Below, one piece after another: positions 31,715 to 44,990 of a DNA stretch of 64,000 bases. The notes under the pieces were generated by a model, which did no database searches, was not told the DNA's origin, and was given only the letters and a program-made list of their open reading frames with translations. This DNA comes from the human T2T-CHM13v2.0 reference genome, Homo sapiens. How positions within the stretch are numbered: position 1 is the stretch's first letter; each line of letters begins with the position of its first letter. Where the stretch lies: assembly GCF_009914755.1 (NCBI RefSeq), contig NC_060926.1; one strand, written 5' to 3'. Made by a program: the position numbers and the translations under genes.

Positions 31715-31850
31715 CAGGCAGGAAAGAACACCAGTTTCCAGACTAAACATTATTTTGAAATCACGTTATACTAAGATTGCCAGAAGAAGCTGTCACAGCT
31801 TTTCAGTAAAGAAACAAACACAAGACTCCTGTTGGGTATAATATGCAGTC
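31715..31850 (-). other. Candidate 136-nt spliced exon (non-coding or 5' UTR/start exon)
   Basis: Minus strand reads ctcttttaattctttgctgattacag|GACTGC...CCTGCCTG|gtgagt. Stops in all three frames from the acceptor. A late ATG (MFSLETGVLSCL) stays open to the donor. Confidence 0.45.
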
Positions 31851-32368
31851 CTGTAATCAGCAAAGAATTAAAAGAGTCCAATTCTAAGCTGGTATCTAAG
31901 ACAAATAACAGTGGCTGCTAAACTCAGATAATTAATGGAACTTTTAAAGTGTTATTTTCTAAAGATGACTTAATGACATGTAATTTTCAATCATTTAAAA
32001 TGGTTTATAACTAATTGTTTGTGTCAGTCTGCTGGCATCTCTAAAGTAATCTTAAAGTGGTTGCTAGCACATAGTGTTAATATCCAACAGTTTGGATAAA
32101 CTCAGAATGAATATCATTACCACTAAGAAAAATTTACTCTGAGCATAGGTTAAAGAAATACAGTAGTTTGGACCTTAAAGACTATCTAGTCTGATAGTTT
32201 TTACCTAGTAGGAGAAATTTAGACACATGGATTCAATTTTCTGAGTAAGATAACATCTAACTAGAGAACTCTAACATAGTTTTCTCCACATAAAACATCT
32301 AGAATAGCAATACCCAATATTTTCACTGAAATAGTTATGAAAATACAGAATACATATAAAAACAACAC

Positions 32369-32680
32369 TGCCAGTGCATAGCACACATCTATAATCCCAG
32401 CACTTTTAAAGGATCAGGTAGGCAGGTCCCTTGAGCTCAGGAGTTCAAGACCAGCCAAGGCAATATGGTGAAACCCTATCTCTACAGAAAATACGAAAAT
32501 TAAGTGGGCATGGTGGTGCACACCTGTAGTCCCAGCTACTCAGGAGGCTAAGGTGGGAGGATCACTTGAACCCAGGAAGTCAAGGCTACAGTGACCCGAG
32601 ATCATGTGACTACTTTCTAGCCTAGGCAAGAGAGTGAGACCCTATCTCAAAAAGCAAAAACAAAAACAATAAAAACAATA
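32369..32680 (+). mobile_element. AluJ
   Basis: cttgagctcaggagttcaagaccagcc...ggaggatcacttgaacccaggaagtcaaggctacagtg. Confidence 0.9.
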
Positions 32681-33589
32681 AAACTCTACATTGTAAAAAC
32701 TTTTACTTAATAATCCTAATCAAAGCTTGACACATGCTTTATCATTGCTAACAAAGAAAACAAGCACAATGCATTGCACTAATAGTTGGCAGGAGATACT
32801 TTGTCCTCCTAGTTTTTCCCCTTGCTAAAGATCACAAGATTTTCACAGACTATAAAGTGAGGTTATTGTTTTATGAGACACTAGATTGCCTCCTTTACTT
32901 CAATTAGTATTTCATCTTCCTCAAATATTCAGAAATGGCCACCAATAGTGGAAACTGAAACAGGTTAACCACGAATTCAAAACATCTGCCCTAACTAACT
33001 TCCTGCTAGACACTGTAAATCGGGCCAAGGAGGCTTATCCTTTCTGCATCTGGAAACTTAAGAAACTACATATATCCAAGTGAACTGGGATCACAGCCAA
33101 ATATGAATCATGATTCTGTTGGCAAAGTTGACTCTAGAGATATCTCATCTTATTCTATAACAAAGTAATTCTTTTAAGGGCTGCTAAGACCAAAAACTGT
33201 AGCAAGTTGATGAAAATGAAATAATATTTGAAGACCAAGAAGATAAGCATATTAGTGATTATGAGATATATCATTTCATAATATATATTTTTAAAAACTA
33301 TTTGGTCTTTTTAATAGATTTTAAATCAAGACAAACCCTACGCAAGAAATGTAGAGACTTCTGCTTAAATATCATGGATTGAATACCCATATTTATATCC
33401 ACTCACTTTTAAAATACCACTGAAATACAATAAAGAATTATTTAGATATAAATGTAAAACGACAAAATGAAATATAGGGAAGATAATAAAAAGATGAGAA
33501 ATATAAAAAAAATTAGGAAAAATCTTACTGGAAAATTGATGGGTGGATAATAATTGAATTTTCAAAATACTATACAGAAAACTGATACC

Positions 33590-34925
33590 TTAATGTCTAC
33601 AAAAAAAAGCCCAAGTGGATTATATGCAATGTATTTACAATTAAATGATATCAGACTTCTCAAAAGCAAAATTAGAAGCTAAAAAAGTGAAGAAATTCCT
33701 GAGAGGAAAGCATTTGTTTAACCATTAGTTCTATATCTAGCCAAAATATCAAATCAAATTCAAGGGTGGGATAAAAACCTTTCTAGACACAGAGTGTCTC
33801 AAAATAATTCTCTCTCATCCACATCCTCTCATCAATCTCCTGAAGAATGTGCTCCATTGAAATAAAATAATAAACTCAGAGAAATTGATGGGAGCAACAT
33901 AATTAGGGAAAACATAAACAAAATCATCAGGACAAAGGAAATTCCAAAAACAACAGCACTTTATCAAGCTGAGAATGCAACACATCTAGAATTGATTAGG
34001 GGAAAAATATGGGGTGGATATCTGAAGAAAAAACACTTGGACTGACAGATCTCCTAAAGGCTTATATATTCTATACAGTATTTAAAGAAAGATTAGTTCT
34101 ATGTATGCAAAACAGCATAGAATACTAAAAAAAAGTAACTATTAAATCCAGGAAAAACAAAAAGTCACAATAGAAAGAAAATATAATCATATTACACATG
34201 CCACTGAAAAATATTTATGTAAAGAGAATGATATAAACAGTAAAAGTTAACTAGGAAAAGCAATATAACTGTTGATAAGATACAAGAGGAAATATGTGAA
34301 CATGAGGGAAGCGATGGCAAGAGAGAGAAATCCTCATTTTTCATGGTAGAAAGTTAAGATAATGTCAAATTTAAAATCAATAAATTGTAATATAAACATA
34401 TTTTGTAGAAATATAGCAATATCACTTGAAGAATTAGCTAAAATGTTTTACAGTGGCTGCCTGCAGTGAAAAGACCTAGGTGAGTTAAAGAAGATTATGA
34501 GGAAATAAAAAGTAAATTAACAGAATTAAAAATTAAGCAGCAGATTACATACTTGAGATCAAAATAAATGAATCAGTGACACTGAGAAGAAATTTGAGAA
34601 GTAGAAATACATACCATACTCATGGACTGTAACACACAATACTGTGATGTTCTCTGTAAATGTATTCATAGAATGAATGTGTTCCCAAGTACCCCAAAAG
34701 ATTTTAGGGAAAAGAAATTGGCAAATTTATTTTTAAATATGAATGATGGTGCAAAGAGCCAAGAATAGCCAATACACAATTGAAGAATAATAAGATGGTA
34801 TAGTACTTATTACCAAGTTAAAATAATTAGAAGAATGTGGTATTAGCAAAAAAAAAAAAACTAGACATGGATCAATAGAACAGAACAGAAGGCTAGAACC
34901 CCCCACACATATTGACCCTTGATTT
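33590..34925 (+). mobile_element. Highly degenerate L1M/L1ME fragments
   Basis: ORF1-like ttctatatctagccaaaatatc and ORF2-like catactcatggactg...gcaaagagccaagaatagccaa...gatcaatagaacagaacagaa. Confidence 0.55.
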
Positions 34926-34930
34926 ATGGC

Positions 34931-35325
34931 TGTTGCAGGTGCTGTTAACAGCTTACACCTAAAAGTTTTCCCAGGAGCATGTCCTTAGGTGATTGGAACA
35001 ACCTGATGCAGGAGTGTCTGAAACTTATGCCTCTAATCCAGGGATTCCCAAAGCCAGTTACGGACATGTTGTGGCATAAAAGTCCCGCTCCTTTGCCTCA
35101 GTACAGACTCTGCAGCACAGTGCAAGTTATGTTTCAGAACTCTCTGTGGGATCAGCTAAGGCTAGGCTTCCCCTCTAGCCATGTATTTCTTTGGCTTTCC
35201 TCTCTCTTTCCAACAATGTTTCCTTCTCCTGCCTACAGATTTCTTTTAAAAGTACTTCTGTAGTAAGTCTCTTGCCTTAGAAAACTCACTGGAAGTTCCA
35301 CATCTGTGGAACCCAAAAGAAGACA
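34931..35325 (+). mobile_element. LTR16-like ERVL solo LTR
   Basis: tgttgcaggtgctg...ctttgcctcag...cagaactctctgtgggatcagctaagg...ggaacccaaaagaagaca. Confidence 0.7.
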
Positions 35326-35588
35326 CAACTGAATGCAAATTAAATATTACTGATATATTCTTATCTACTAAATAAGTTGCCATCACCTATTAGATGAATA
35401 GATGAGAAAGAGATGCATTTTACATACTGTATATATAAATCTTCATAATGAATGTGTATGGTATGTTGTGTGTTCTCCATCCAACAAAGTGATAGTGACT
35501 TAGTGAATGAATAAGTTAAAATTATTATGGGAAAAAACTTCATAATATGTGTAAAGAAGTTTAAAAGTTATTAAATAGGGTTTACTTA

Positions 35589-37864
35589 TGATATGGTTTG
35601 GCTGTGTCCCCACCCAAATCTCATCTTCAATTGTAACTCTCACAATTCCCATGTGTCATGGGAGGAACCTGATGAGAGGTAGTTGAATTATGGAGGTGGG
35701 TCTTTTCTGTGCTGTTCTCATGATAGTGAATGAGTCTCATGAGATCTGATGGTTTTAAAAACAGGAGTTTCCCTGCACAAGTTCTCTTTTTACCTGTTGC
35801 CATCCACGTAAGATGTGACTTGCTCCTTCTTGCCTTCTACCATGATTGTGAGGCCTCCCCAGCCATGTGGAACTGTAAGTACAATTAAACCTCTTTTTCT
35901 TGTAAATTGCCCAGTCTTGGGTATGTCTTTATCAGCAATGTGAAAATGGACTAATACAGTAAATTCATAAGGATAGAGTGGGGCATTGCTGAAAGGATAC
36001 TCAAAAATGTGGAAGTGACTTTGGAACTACTTAACAGGCAGAGGCTGGAACAGTTTGGAGGGCTCAGAAGAAAGGAAAATGTGCAAAAGTGTGGAACTTC
36101 CTATAGACTTGTTGAGTGGCTTTGACAAAAATGTTGATAATGATATGAGCAACAATGTCCAGGCTGAGGTGGTCTCAGATGGAGATGAGGAACTTGGGAA
36201 TTGGAGCAAAGGTGACTCTTATGTTTTAGCAAAGAGGCTGGTGGCATTTTGCCCCTGCCCTAGAGATTTGTGGTACTTTGAACTTGAAAGAGATGATTTA
36301 GGGTTTTTGGTAGAAGAAATTTCTAAGCAGCAAGGCTTTCAAGAGGTAACTTGGATGCTGTCAAAGGCATTTCATTTTATAAGAAAAACAGAGCATAAAT
36401 TTTGGAAAGTTTGCAGCCTGAAAATGCAATAGAAAAGAAAATCCCATTTTCTGAGGAGAAATTCAAGTCACCTGCAGAAATCTGCATAAGTAACAAGGAG
36501 CCAAATGTTAATCCCCAAGATAATGGGGAAAATGTCTCCATGGCATGTCAGAGATCTTCATGGCAGCCCTTCCCATCACAGGCCTGGAGGTTTAGGAGAA
36601 AAAAATGGTTTTGTGGACGAGGCTGAGGGTCCCTCTGCTGTGTGCAGTCTAGGGACTTGGTGCTCTGTGTCCCTGTTGCTCCAGCCATGACTAAAAGGGG
36701 CCAAGGTACAGCTTGGGCTGTTGATTCAGAGAGTGTAAGCCCCAAGCATTGGCAGCTTCCACATGGTACTGAGCCTGTGTGTGCACAGAAGTCAGGAATT
36801 GAGGTTTGGGGACCTCCGCCTACATTTCAGAAGATGTATGGAAATGCCTGGACACCCAGGCAGAAGTTTGCTGCAGGGGCAAGGTCCTCATGGAGAACCT
36901 CTGCTAGAGCAGTGTGGAAGGGAAATGTGGGGTTGGAGCCCACACACAGAGTCCCTACTGGGGCACCACCTAGAGGAGCTGTGAGAAAAGGGCCACCATC
37001 CTCCAGACCCCAGAATGGTAGATCCCCTGAAAGCTTGCACCCTGCACATGGAAAAGCCACAGACACTTAAGCTAGCCCATGAAAGCAGCCAGGATGGAGG
37101 TTATACCCTGCAAAGACACAGGGGCAGAGCTACCCAAAACCATGGGAACCCATCTTTTGCATCAGTGTGACCCAGATGCGAGACACAGAGTCAAAGAAGG
37201 TCATTTTGGAGTCTTAAGATTTGACTGTCCTGTTGGATTTTGGACTTGCATGGGGACTGTAGCCCCTTGGTTTTGGCCAATTTCCTCCATTTGGAACAGC
37301 TGTATTTACCCAATGCCTGTACCCCCATTGTATCTAGGAAGCAACTAACTTGCTTTTGACTTTACAGTCTCATAGGCAGAAGGGACTTTCCTTGTCTCAG
37401 ATGAGACCTTGGATTGTGAACTTTGGAGTTAATGCTGAAACGAGTTAAGACTTTGGGAGACTGTTGGGAAGGCATGAGTGGTTTTGAAATGTGAGGACAT
37501 GAGATTTGAGAGGGCCCAGGGCCGGAATGAGATGGTTTGGCTGTGTTCCCACCCAAATCTCATCTTCAATTGTAACTCCCACAATTCCCATGTGTCGTGT
37601 TATGGGGGCGGATCTTTCCTGTGCTGTTCATCATACTGAATGAGCTTCATGAGATCTGATGGTTCTAAAAACAGGAGTTTCCCTGCACAAGTTCTCTTTT
37701 TGCTTGCTGCCATCCATGTAAGATGTGATTTGCTCCTCCTTGCCTTCCACCATGATTGTGAGGCCTCCCCAGCCATGTGGAACTTTAAGTCCATTAAACC
37801 TCTTTTTCTTCCCAGTCTCAGCTATGTCTTTAGCAGCAGAGGATGGATAAAACAGACTAATGGA
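35589..37864 (+). mobile_element. Complete THE1A MaLR element (5' LTR 35589-35958, internal 35959-37527, 3' LTR 37528-37864)
   Basis: Two direct LTRs carry THE1A-type aaaaacaggagtttccctgc and gccatcca[ct]gtaaga. THE1-internal peptides appear in the track (AEVVSDGDEELGNWSKGD). 5-bp TSD actta/acttg. Confidence 0.95.
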
Positions 37865-38974
37865 ACTTGTATGAATTCACATTTATGAAATAAACAGAAA
37901 AAGATATTTTATATGCAAGGATCTTTATTGTAGCAGTATTTATAATCATTAAAAGCTGGCAAGATATTTGAATGGTCAAAACAAGGGAATATTATGTAGC
38001 AATTAGAGACATTTTTCTATAATCATATAAGGATATGAGTGGGAAGGGGAGGAATCAAAAACTGTATATACAATATAATCCCACTGACACTTAAAGTGAA
38101 AATATTTTTGTTGGTGTGAATGGAAAAAGAAAAAAGTACAGAAAAATGGGAGCAGCAGTTATCTCCAGATGATGAAACTGATAAATTTATTTTTCTTTAT
38201 ACTTTCCTGTAAATTATAAAATTTCTATGATTAGCATGAATTATTTTTATAATCTAAAAGATATATTTTGAAAGTCCAGGGCTTGTGTCTAATCTTTGAA
38301 ACCCATTAATTTAAATACATTCATTTACTTTTTCATGATGATCATCTAATAGAAGATAAAGTTATTCATTACCATATGCAAATTTTTCAAAAATCTTTAA
38401 TTTCTAAATAAATACTGCTTTTTTAAAATTAAACTGTTTAATTTCAGGTAATTCATGGGACAAATAGCCACTATAATTTAAAACATGTACTTCTGGAACC
38501 TAGAGAAATCGTCAGAGCAAATAAACTAATTGTCTGAATTACCACCAACTCCATCTTTCCTGGTCCATGACTTCCACTGAATCTTCTGAACATTTCCAGT
38601 CTGTGTTTAAAACTACAATGTGCCTTGGTCTGCAGGACAAACCCGGGGAAGTACTACAGGGCTTCAGAGATGCAATGTGGTTCTTGTCACAGAAATATGA
38701 TCACTGATGTGTTGAGGTTGGACACTCAGTTACACTTGTTTTATTTCACAAAACCACTTAAAGCTTAAGTTAAAGGAAGTCAACATATTTTTTATTTACT
38801 TATTTTCATTTCATACTTCTTTTCAAAGATATTTTTATTTTTCAAAGTCAATGTATTTTGTTTGAACAATGTTTTAAAATTGCTGCAATGCAACTTGATA
38901 CAGGAACACTCAAGAGGGCACTGATATTTTCAATATAGCTCAGTTAGGAACAAAGGTTTTACAAATAGAAGGCA

Positions 38975-39110
38975 CTTAGTGACCTGCTAGTTTAATCCCA
39001 TCATTTTTCAAATGAAACTGAGGCTCACAGGGCTAAGAAACTTGTCAAAGTTCAAATCCAATTATGACAGAGCTACTATGTGTCTAATTCCAGTATTTTT
39101 TTAACACCCA
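38975..39110 (-). mobile_element. MIR-family fragment
   Basis: catttttcaaatgaaactgaggctcacagggctaagaaacttgtcaaag core. Confidence 0.65.
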
Positions 39111-40180
39111 ATACTGCTCAACTACCTGAGATCAGATGGTCAAGTTTGCAATTTTCTGATACTTGAAAACAAAAAAAAAACAGAGGTCACATGAAGAAAA
39201 CAGCTGCAAATTGCGTTATCAGTAATTATCTCTATTTTGGAGGGGGAAAAATCATGTTTTTCTTTTTCCTAAATGGTAAAAATGTTGTATTTGCATGAAG
39301 TTTGTTTACATTCATCATTAATTTTTCTACTAAAATTCTGTGAGTGAATATAGTGGGGCATTTTTTCTTCTTTTAATGAGGCAAGGTGCAAGTATTACCT
39401 ATAGTTAATTAATCTTAACAAACAAGCCAGTATTTCAACTTGGATTTTGATGTGTGAAAAATAGCACTTTTAGGACCTGATCCTGGCAGATCTGACTTAA
39501 CAGCCTGTAATTTAAAAAATAGCAAACTAGGAGTCACTCACCTCATGGCCTCACTATATTAGAACACACAATTTCAGTAGTACCAAAGCAAAGCAAAACA
39601 ATTTTTTCTACTGCTTATTAATGGTAAATTGAAGACACAACAATTTATAGAGATTTATTAGTGTAGAGGTAAATACGGATTTAAAGAGACTTCTGGGCTG
39701 CTTTAAAGCGTGCTTTCAATAGTGAATACAGAACTAGAAGTAACCATTACACATACTATTGCATACCAAAAAATTACTGGTAAATCATAAATCAGAATTA
39801 TCAAAATTTTAAATTATAATAACTTCTAGTATGTTTATCTATGATTTATTTATATTCTGCCATGTTCCTATTATAAACTAAGGATGGCTTAACATATCAT
39901 AAAATATAGCAAAATAGCAGAAATTAAAAGTTTTTAAGAAAAATAAGGCAAAAATAAAATTAGTTCAGGAAAACATGAAGGAACTAAGTATAAGGGAGGT
40001 GGGGAGAACGAGGAATAGTCTAAGTATGCTAACGTCCTTATTCATAGTTAAAAATCTGTAACCGTATTTAAAAAAATGTAGTTAAAATGACCTCAATCTC
40101 TTAAATTTTTAGATTTTTTTAATTTTAGAGAAATATTCCAGTGACTTATATTGCTTTGTGATTAAAAAAACAAATATTTA

Positions 40181-40470
40181 GGCCAGGCACAATGGCTCAC
40201 ACCTGTAATCGCAACAATTTAGGAGGCAAAGGCAAGAGAATAGCTTGAAGCCAGGAGTTCAAGACAATTCTAGGCAACAAAACTAGACTCCATTTCTACA
40301 AAAACAATATAAAAATTAGTCAAGTGTGGTTGTGCACACCTGTAGTCCTAGCTACTTAGGGATAAGGTGGAAGGATCACTTGAGGTAGAGTTCAAATAAG
40401 TAGCAGGCTATGATTGCACCAGTGTACTCCAGCCTGGTCGACAGAGGAAAACCGTTTCAAAAAAAATAAA
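40181..40470 (+). mobile_element. AluJ (diverged)
   Basis: ggccaggcacaatggctcacacctgtaatc...gaaggatcacttgagg...tatgattgcacc. Confidence 0.9.
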
Positions 40471-40501
40471 TCAGCCTGAAGTTACTTCATTTTCTGGTGG
40501 G

Positions 40502-40886
<385 letters not shown>

Positions 40887-41724
40887 TAGAGTACTATCAT
40901 ACCTGCTTCAAAATTATTGTTACCTACCTATTGTCTCTCTGTATATATACACAAAGAGACACAATAAATTCTATTTAACAAATATTTACAATATTTCTGT
41001 TACGTAGACTTTGGCTTATTTTTTACTTTCTTCTTAGTAACTTTCCATATTTAATTATTTTATGTAAATAATAAATACATTATTCTTTTCAATAAAACCT
41101 AAGAGCTGTGATTTTTAAAATATTTTAATGCAAGTATTGGGCATTTGAATGAGTTTGTGTGCAGTGCAATTTAATCCATTAGTAACCTTGCTCCCAAGTT
41201 ATACTCTATATTGGAACAATCAAGAGCTCAGGTGTAATTACAATCACATCGGGCTCCAAATCCCAGCCCAGTTTAATGAATAAGACCACTACCACAACCA
41301 CCACGACCACACACACACACACCCTCCTCGCCATTTGGGACTGGTATTCACTCAGTGATTTCTGCAGCCCGAGAAGAAAAAAAATATTGCTCCTTCATTT
41401 CTGGGAGGCCTTACATTATTGTTATTTCTCACTGTTACGTTTCTGCTACAACTAACGAAAGGAGAATTCTCTCACTTCTTTCAAAAAATCTTCAATAATC
41501 CAACCACCAAGGATTTAGAAGTTCGCCTCATTTTTTCAGGGTCCTTTTGGTAAGGAAACCATTGAGGTTCCCAAGGTCGGCACTATAGGGCCATTTAAAT
41601 CAAGATACAGTTAGAATACAGGACCTACTAAGAAGCATTAAATTTTCAAGGCCACCCTTACCAGCCTTGAACTATCATTCTGAGACACATTTAATGTACC
41701 TTTCCTTCTGCCCAGGAAGAGATA

Positions 41725-41900
41725 CGAAGTCTAGGTATGAATCCTACTCCTGACATTTACTGAGTATGTGACTTGGGCACATGGCTTAACTTCAGTGCAT
41801 CTTATTTCCTCACCTGTAAAATGGAAATATGTTCTGGAATGGTGAGGATTAAATGAGATAACTGAAAATGACTAGCACAATATCTTACCCCTAACAAGTA
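41725..41900 (+). mobile_element. MIR
   Basis: tgtgacttgggcacatggcttaac...tttcctcacctgtaaaatgg...gtgaggattaaatgagataa. Confidence 0.8.
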
Positions 41901-42474
41901 GGAATTTATTCAATCTTTCCAGGCCTAACTTTCCTACCTTATCATTCTGAGTTCCTTCCTTACTTTCCTTAAATACCTTAAATACTGTCCTTGCTATTCT
42001 ATTATTTCCTCTGTTCTACCACTTGTTTTCTTTTCTTTGCTCTCTCTCTTTGTTTATTCCGCTCCCAGATCATCAGGTAGCCTTCTTGTCACACTAATTT
42101 CCTAGTGAATTCTAATCCTGAGCTCCTGAGGAACTGACCTATCTGTTACCAACTCCTTCCAACAATTTTCCCAGGAAGTATAGGAAATCCAATAGAAATA
42201 TAAAACAGGAAGTCTAGATCTGGTATTCTATGGGGCCTGAGATAAATAACTGCATTAAACACCATAAATCATAGTTATCTGCACAAAGTTAAAGGAAAAG
42301 CTGCCAATATTTTGATTCTGTTCAAGAGCTAACAAAGAAAAAATAAAATCTGTAAAATATTTGATATAAAATTAATATCAAATCTGAGCTAGTTAACATG
42401 GAAATATTAGCAATATAATTAATACATATCTGCAAATAATTAATGACTGATTGATGTGTTTACAATTAATGTAA

Positions 42475-42612
42475 TGCCTGTAGCCCTAGATATTCAGGAG
42501 GCTGAGGTGGGAGGACCACTTAAGCTCAGGAGTTCAAGGCTGCAGTGACCTATGATTGAGCCACTGAACCCCAGCTTGAGTGACACAGCAAGATCCTGTC
42601 TCTAAAAATATA
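42475..42612 (+). mobile_element. AluJ right arm / FRAM fragment
   Basis: gcctgtagccctag...ggaggctgaggtgggaggaccacttaagctcaggagttcaaggctgcagtg. Confidence 0.85.
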
Positions 42613-43419
42613 AATTTTAAAATTAAAAAAAGGAGGAAAAGGTAAAAAAAAATTTAATATAATGCCAGTCTTGATTCCTCATGGTTCACAGGGTATCATC
42701 TTCTGCTGCAACTTAAAACAATTGGAAGAAATTTTAGTTACAATGTCTGACCTCTATCCTGGCTCTAACAGTAGCTCTTCTTTGTCACCTGGAATTAGCA
42801 CTTTAATGTATTTGGCCTTCAATTCCCTCATTTATAAAAGGACGAGATTGAGTTTACAATCCAAATAGACCTTTATGCCCATGAATTCAATAGAATCATT
42901 CGTTCTTGCTTCTTATTTGTAAGAATAAAATAATGACAGTGTGTGCTACACAGCATTTCATTAAAGAATCATTGATCCACGTGGCCCTTGCTTGTAATTA
43001 TTGGGCACGTAATGACAGTCTAGTGTCTCTTCTTTTTTCAAAGTATCCACATGATAGCATAAAACATCAACATCAATTACTCCCTGGAAACTCCACCTGC
43101 CTTCTTAGTGCTCATTATCCACACCCAAATGAAAATCAATGATATCTGTGAGTAAACATCTGTTTGGTTTATTGCTAATTTCTATCAAAATAGATATAAT
43201 ATATATAAAAGAGAGGTAAAGTAGATAGCTATTTGATATTCAACCTTCTGTCAGAAATTATTCATGCCAATTAACTAGAATGCTGAGGTGTTCCATTTAT
43301 TTTAAAACATTCATTTGCTAGCCCAGTAGGCTTAGAATGTCAGGAAACATGTTTGTATTTTACTAAGCTCAAGTCAAATTATACTTTTTCCAATCTCTCT
43401 AAGAAATGTTATTTAAAGT

Positions 43420-44990
43420 AACCATTTGTTCACTTGTTCAGTGCTTAATGATTATCTATGACTGTGTTAAGAGTTAATAACACCTAGATGATAAAGACAA
43501 ATTGTCTGCCCTCTGGAAGCACACGGTTCAGTAAAAGAAGCAGATACATATGCAAATCCTGACAGTTCAATTTGATAACAGATATGTGAACAAAGCAGAA
43601 TGAGAAGTGTCTGAGTGTCTAGAAATTATTCACGAAGAACTGGCTAGCACAGTGCCTGGCACATTAAGTTGGGGTTTAATAAGAATTTGCTTAATGTTAA
43701 ATAATTGACTTTTCAGCTGACAGTTTAAAAGACGTGTAGAGATTAAAGACAAGATGGGGAAGGACATGATAAATAGAGAAAACGATTTCTGCAAAAAAGG
43801 TTTAATGTTGCACTCTGATATATTCAGTAGTTTAGTGAGACCGATGAGGCCGAAGCCTCAGGCAAGTCTTGACTCCTAGAGGCCTTGTACATCAAGTGAG
43901 GATTTTGAGTTTTACCCTGACATATATGGAGATCATATCTGTATTTTAGAAAATGACTCTGGAATAATTTGCAGAAGGAAAAGATGGAATCGTTTGTGAA
44001 CCTGTCAGAAGGATACAATAATAATCTATGCAAAGAAAGCCTGAACTGTGGCCATTTCAGAAAGAAGTGAGGCATATTGGAAACAATTTAGGAGGTGACA
44101 ATTTATCTATAACAGAATATAAGACAGAGGAAAGTGTCTAGACACATTTTTAGGATACTGTCATGAAAAAGTCAGTTGATAATGACACCATTTGCTGAAA
44201 ATTTAAGAGGAAATTGCACAAGAAAGTGGCTGTAGAGTATTTGTGTCCCCCCAAATTCATATGTTAAAACCTAATTCCCAATGTGTTGGTATTTGGAGGT
44301 GTGGCCCTTTAGGAGGTGATTAGGTCATGAGGATGGAGCCCTCATGAAAAAGATTAGTGCCCTAATAAAAGAGAACCCAGGGAACTTTCCTGCCCCTTCT
44401 GACATGTGAGGACAATGAGAAGACAGCCCTCCATCTATGAACCAGGAAGCAGGCCCTCACCAGACACCGAATCTGCAGGCACCTGGATCTTGGAATTCCC
44501 AATCTCCAAAACTCTGACGAAAGAAATTAGCGTTTATAAGCTGTCCTGTTTTTAATATTTTGTTGTAGCAGCTTAGGACTAGGACAAAAAGGAAACAAAC
44601 TAAGATGATATGTTGAGCCTTAAATATTTGTATAGTATCTAGGAGTATATGTTTAGCTGGCCATAGGAAAAACTGATATGAGACAGATTCTATTAAATCT
44701 AAAAACTTGAAACCATCATTTTTTCATATAGTGTTTGAAATTGTGGTTATTAGACAGATTACTTAAGAAGAGTACAAAGGAAAAAGGGCAGAGAATAGGA
44801 CTCTAGAAAAAGTCAATTTATAAGAAAAGGAAATGCTAATGAAACAAAAAAGTATGCAGAGGGAAAGAGGGGTGTGAGACCAGAAAAGTAGATGTTATTG
44901 AAGAGGAGAGACGGAGGTAAGTTTGAAGAAAGAAATTGTCAATAATGCCAAGTTCTGCAAAAGGTCAATTATAATGAGGAGGAAAGCCAG
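43420..44990 (-). mobile_element. Degenerate L2 region interrupted by MLT1A
   Basis: aaagacaaattgtctgccctctggaagc, gattttgagttttaccctg, tttagaaaatgactctgg and atttaggaggt are L2 reverse-strand hallmarks. Confidence 0.6.
44227..44586 (+). mobile_element. MLT1A/MLT1A0 MaLR solo LTR
   Basis: ttgtgtccccccaaattcatatgtt...ggtcatgaggatggagccctcatga...gccctcaccagacaccgaatctgc. Confidence 0.9.

Noticed and set aside
36027-37888. Dense cluster of overlapping ORFs
   Set aside because: All lie within the THE1A internal region or LTR. They are fragments of the degenerate MaLR ORF and its alternate frames.
40929-40966. Imperfect hairpin tattgtctctctgtatatatacacaaagagacacaata as a miRNA or MITE
   Set aside because: Too short, bulged and dinucleotide-rich to support a pre-miRNA or TIR element.
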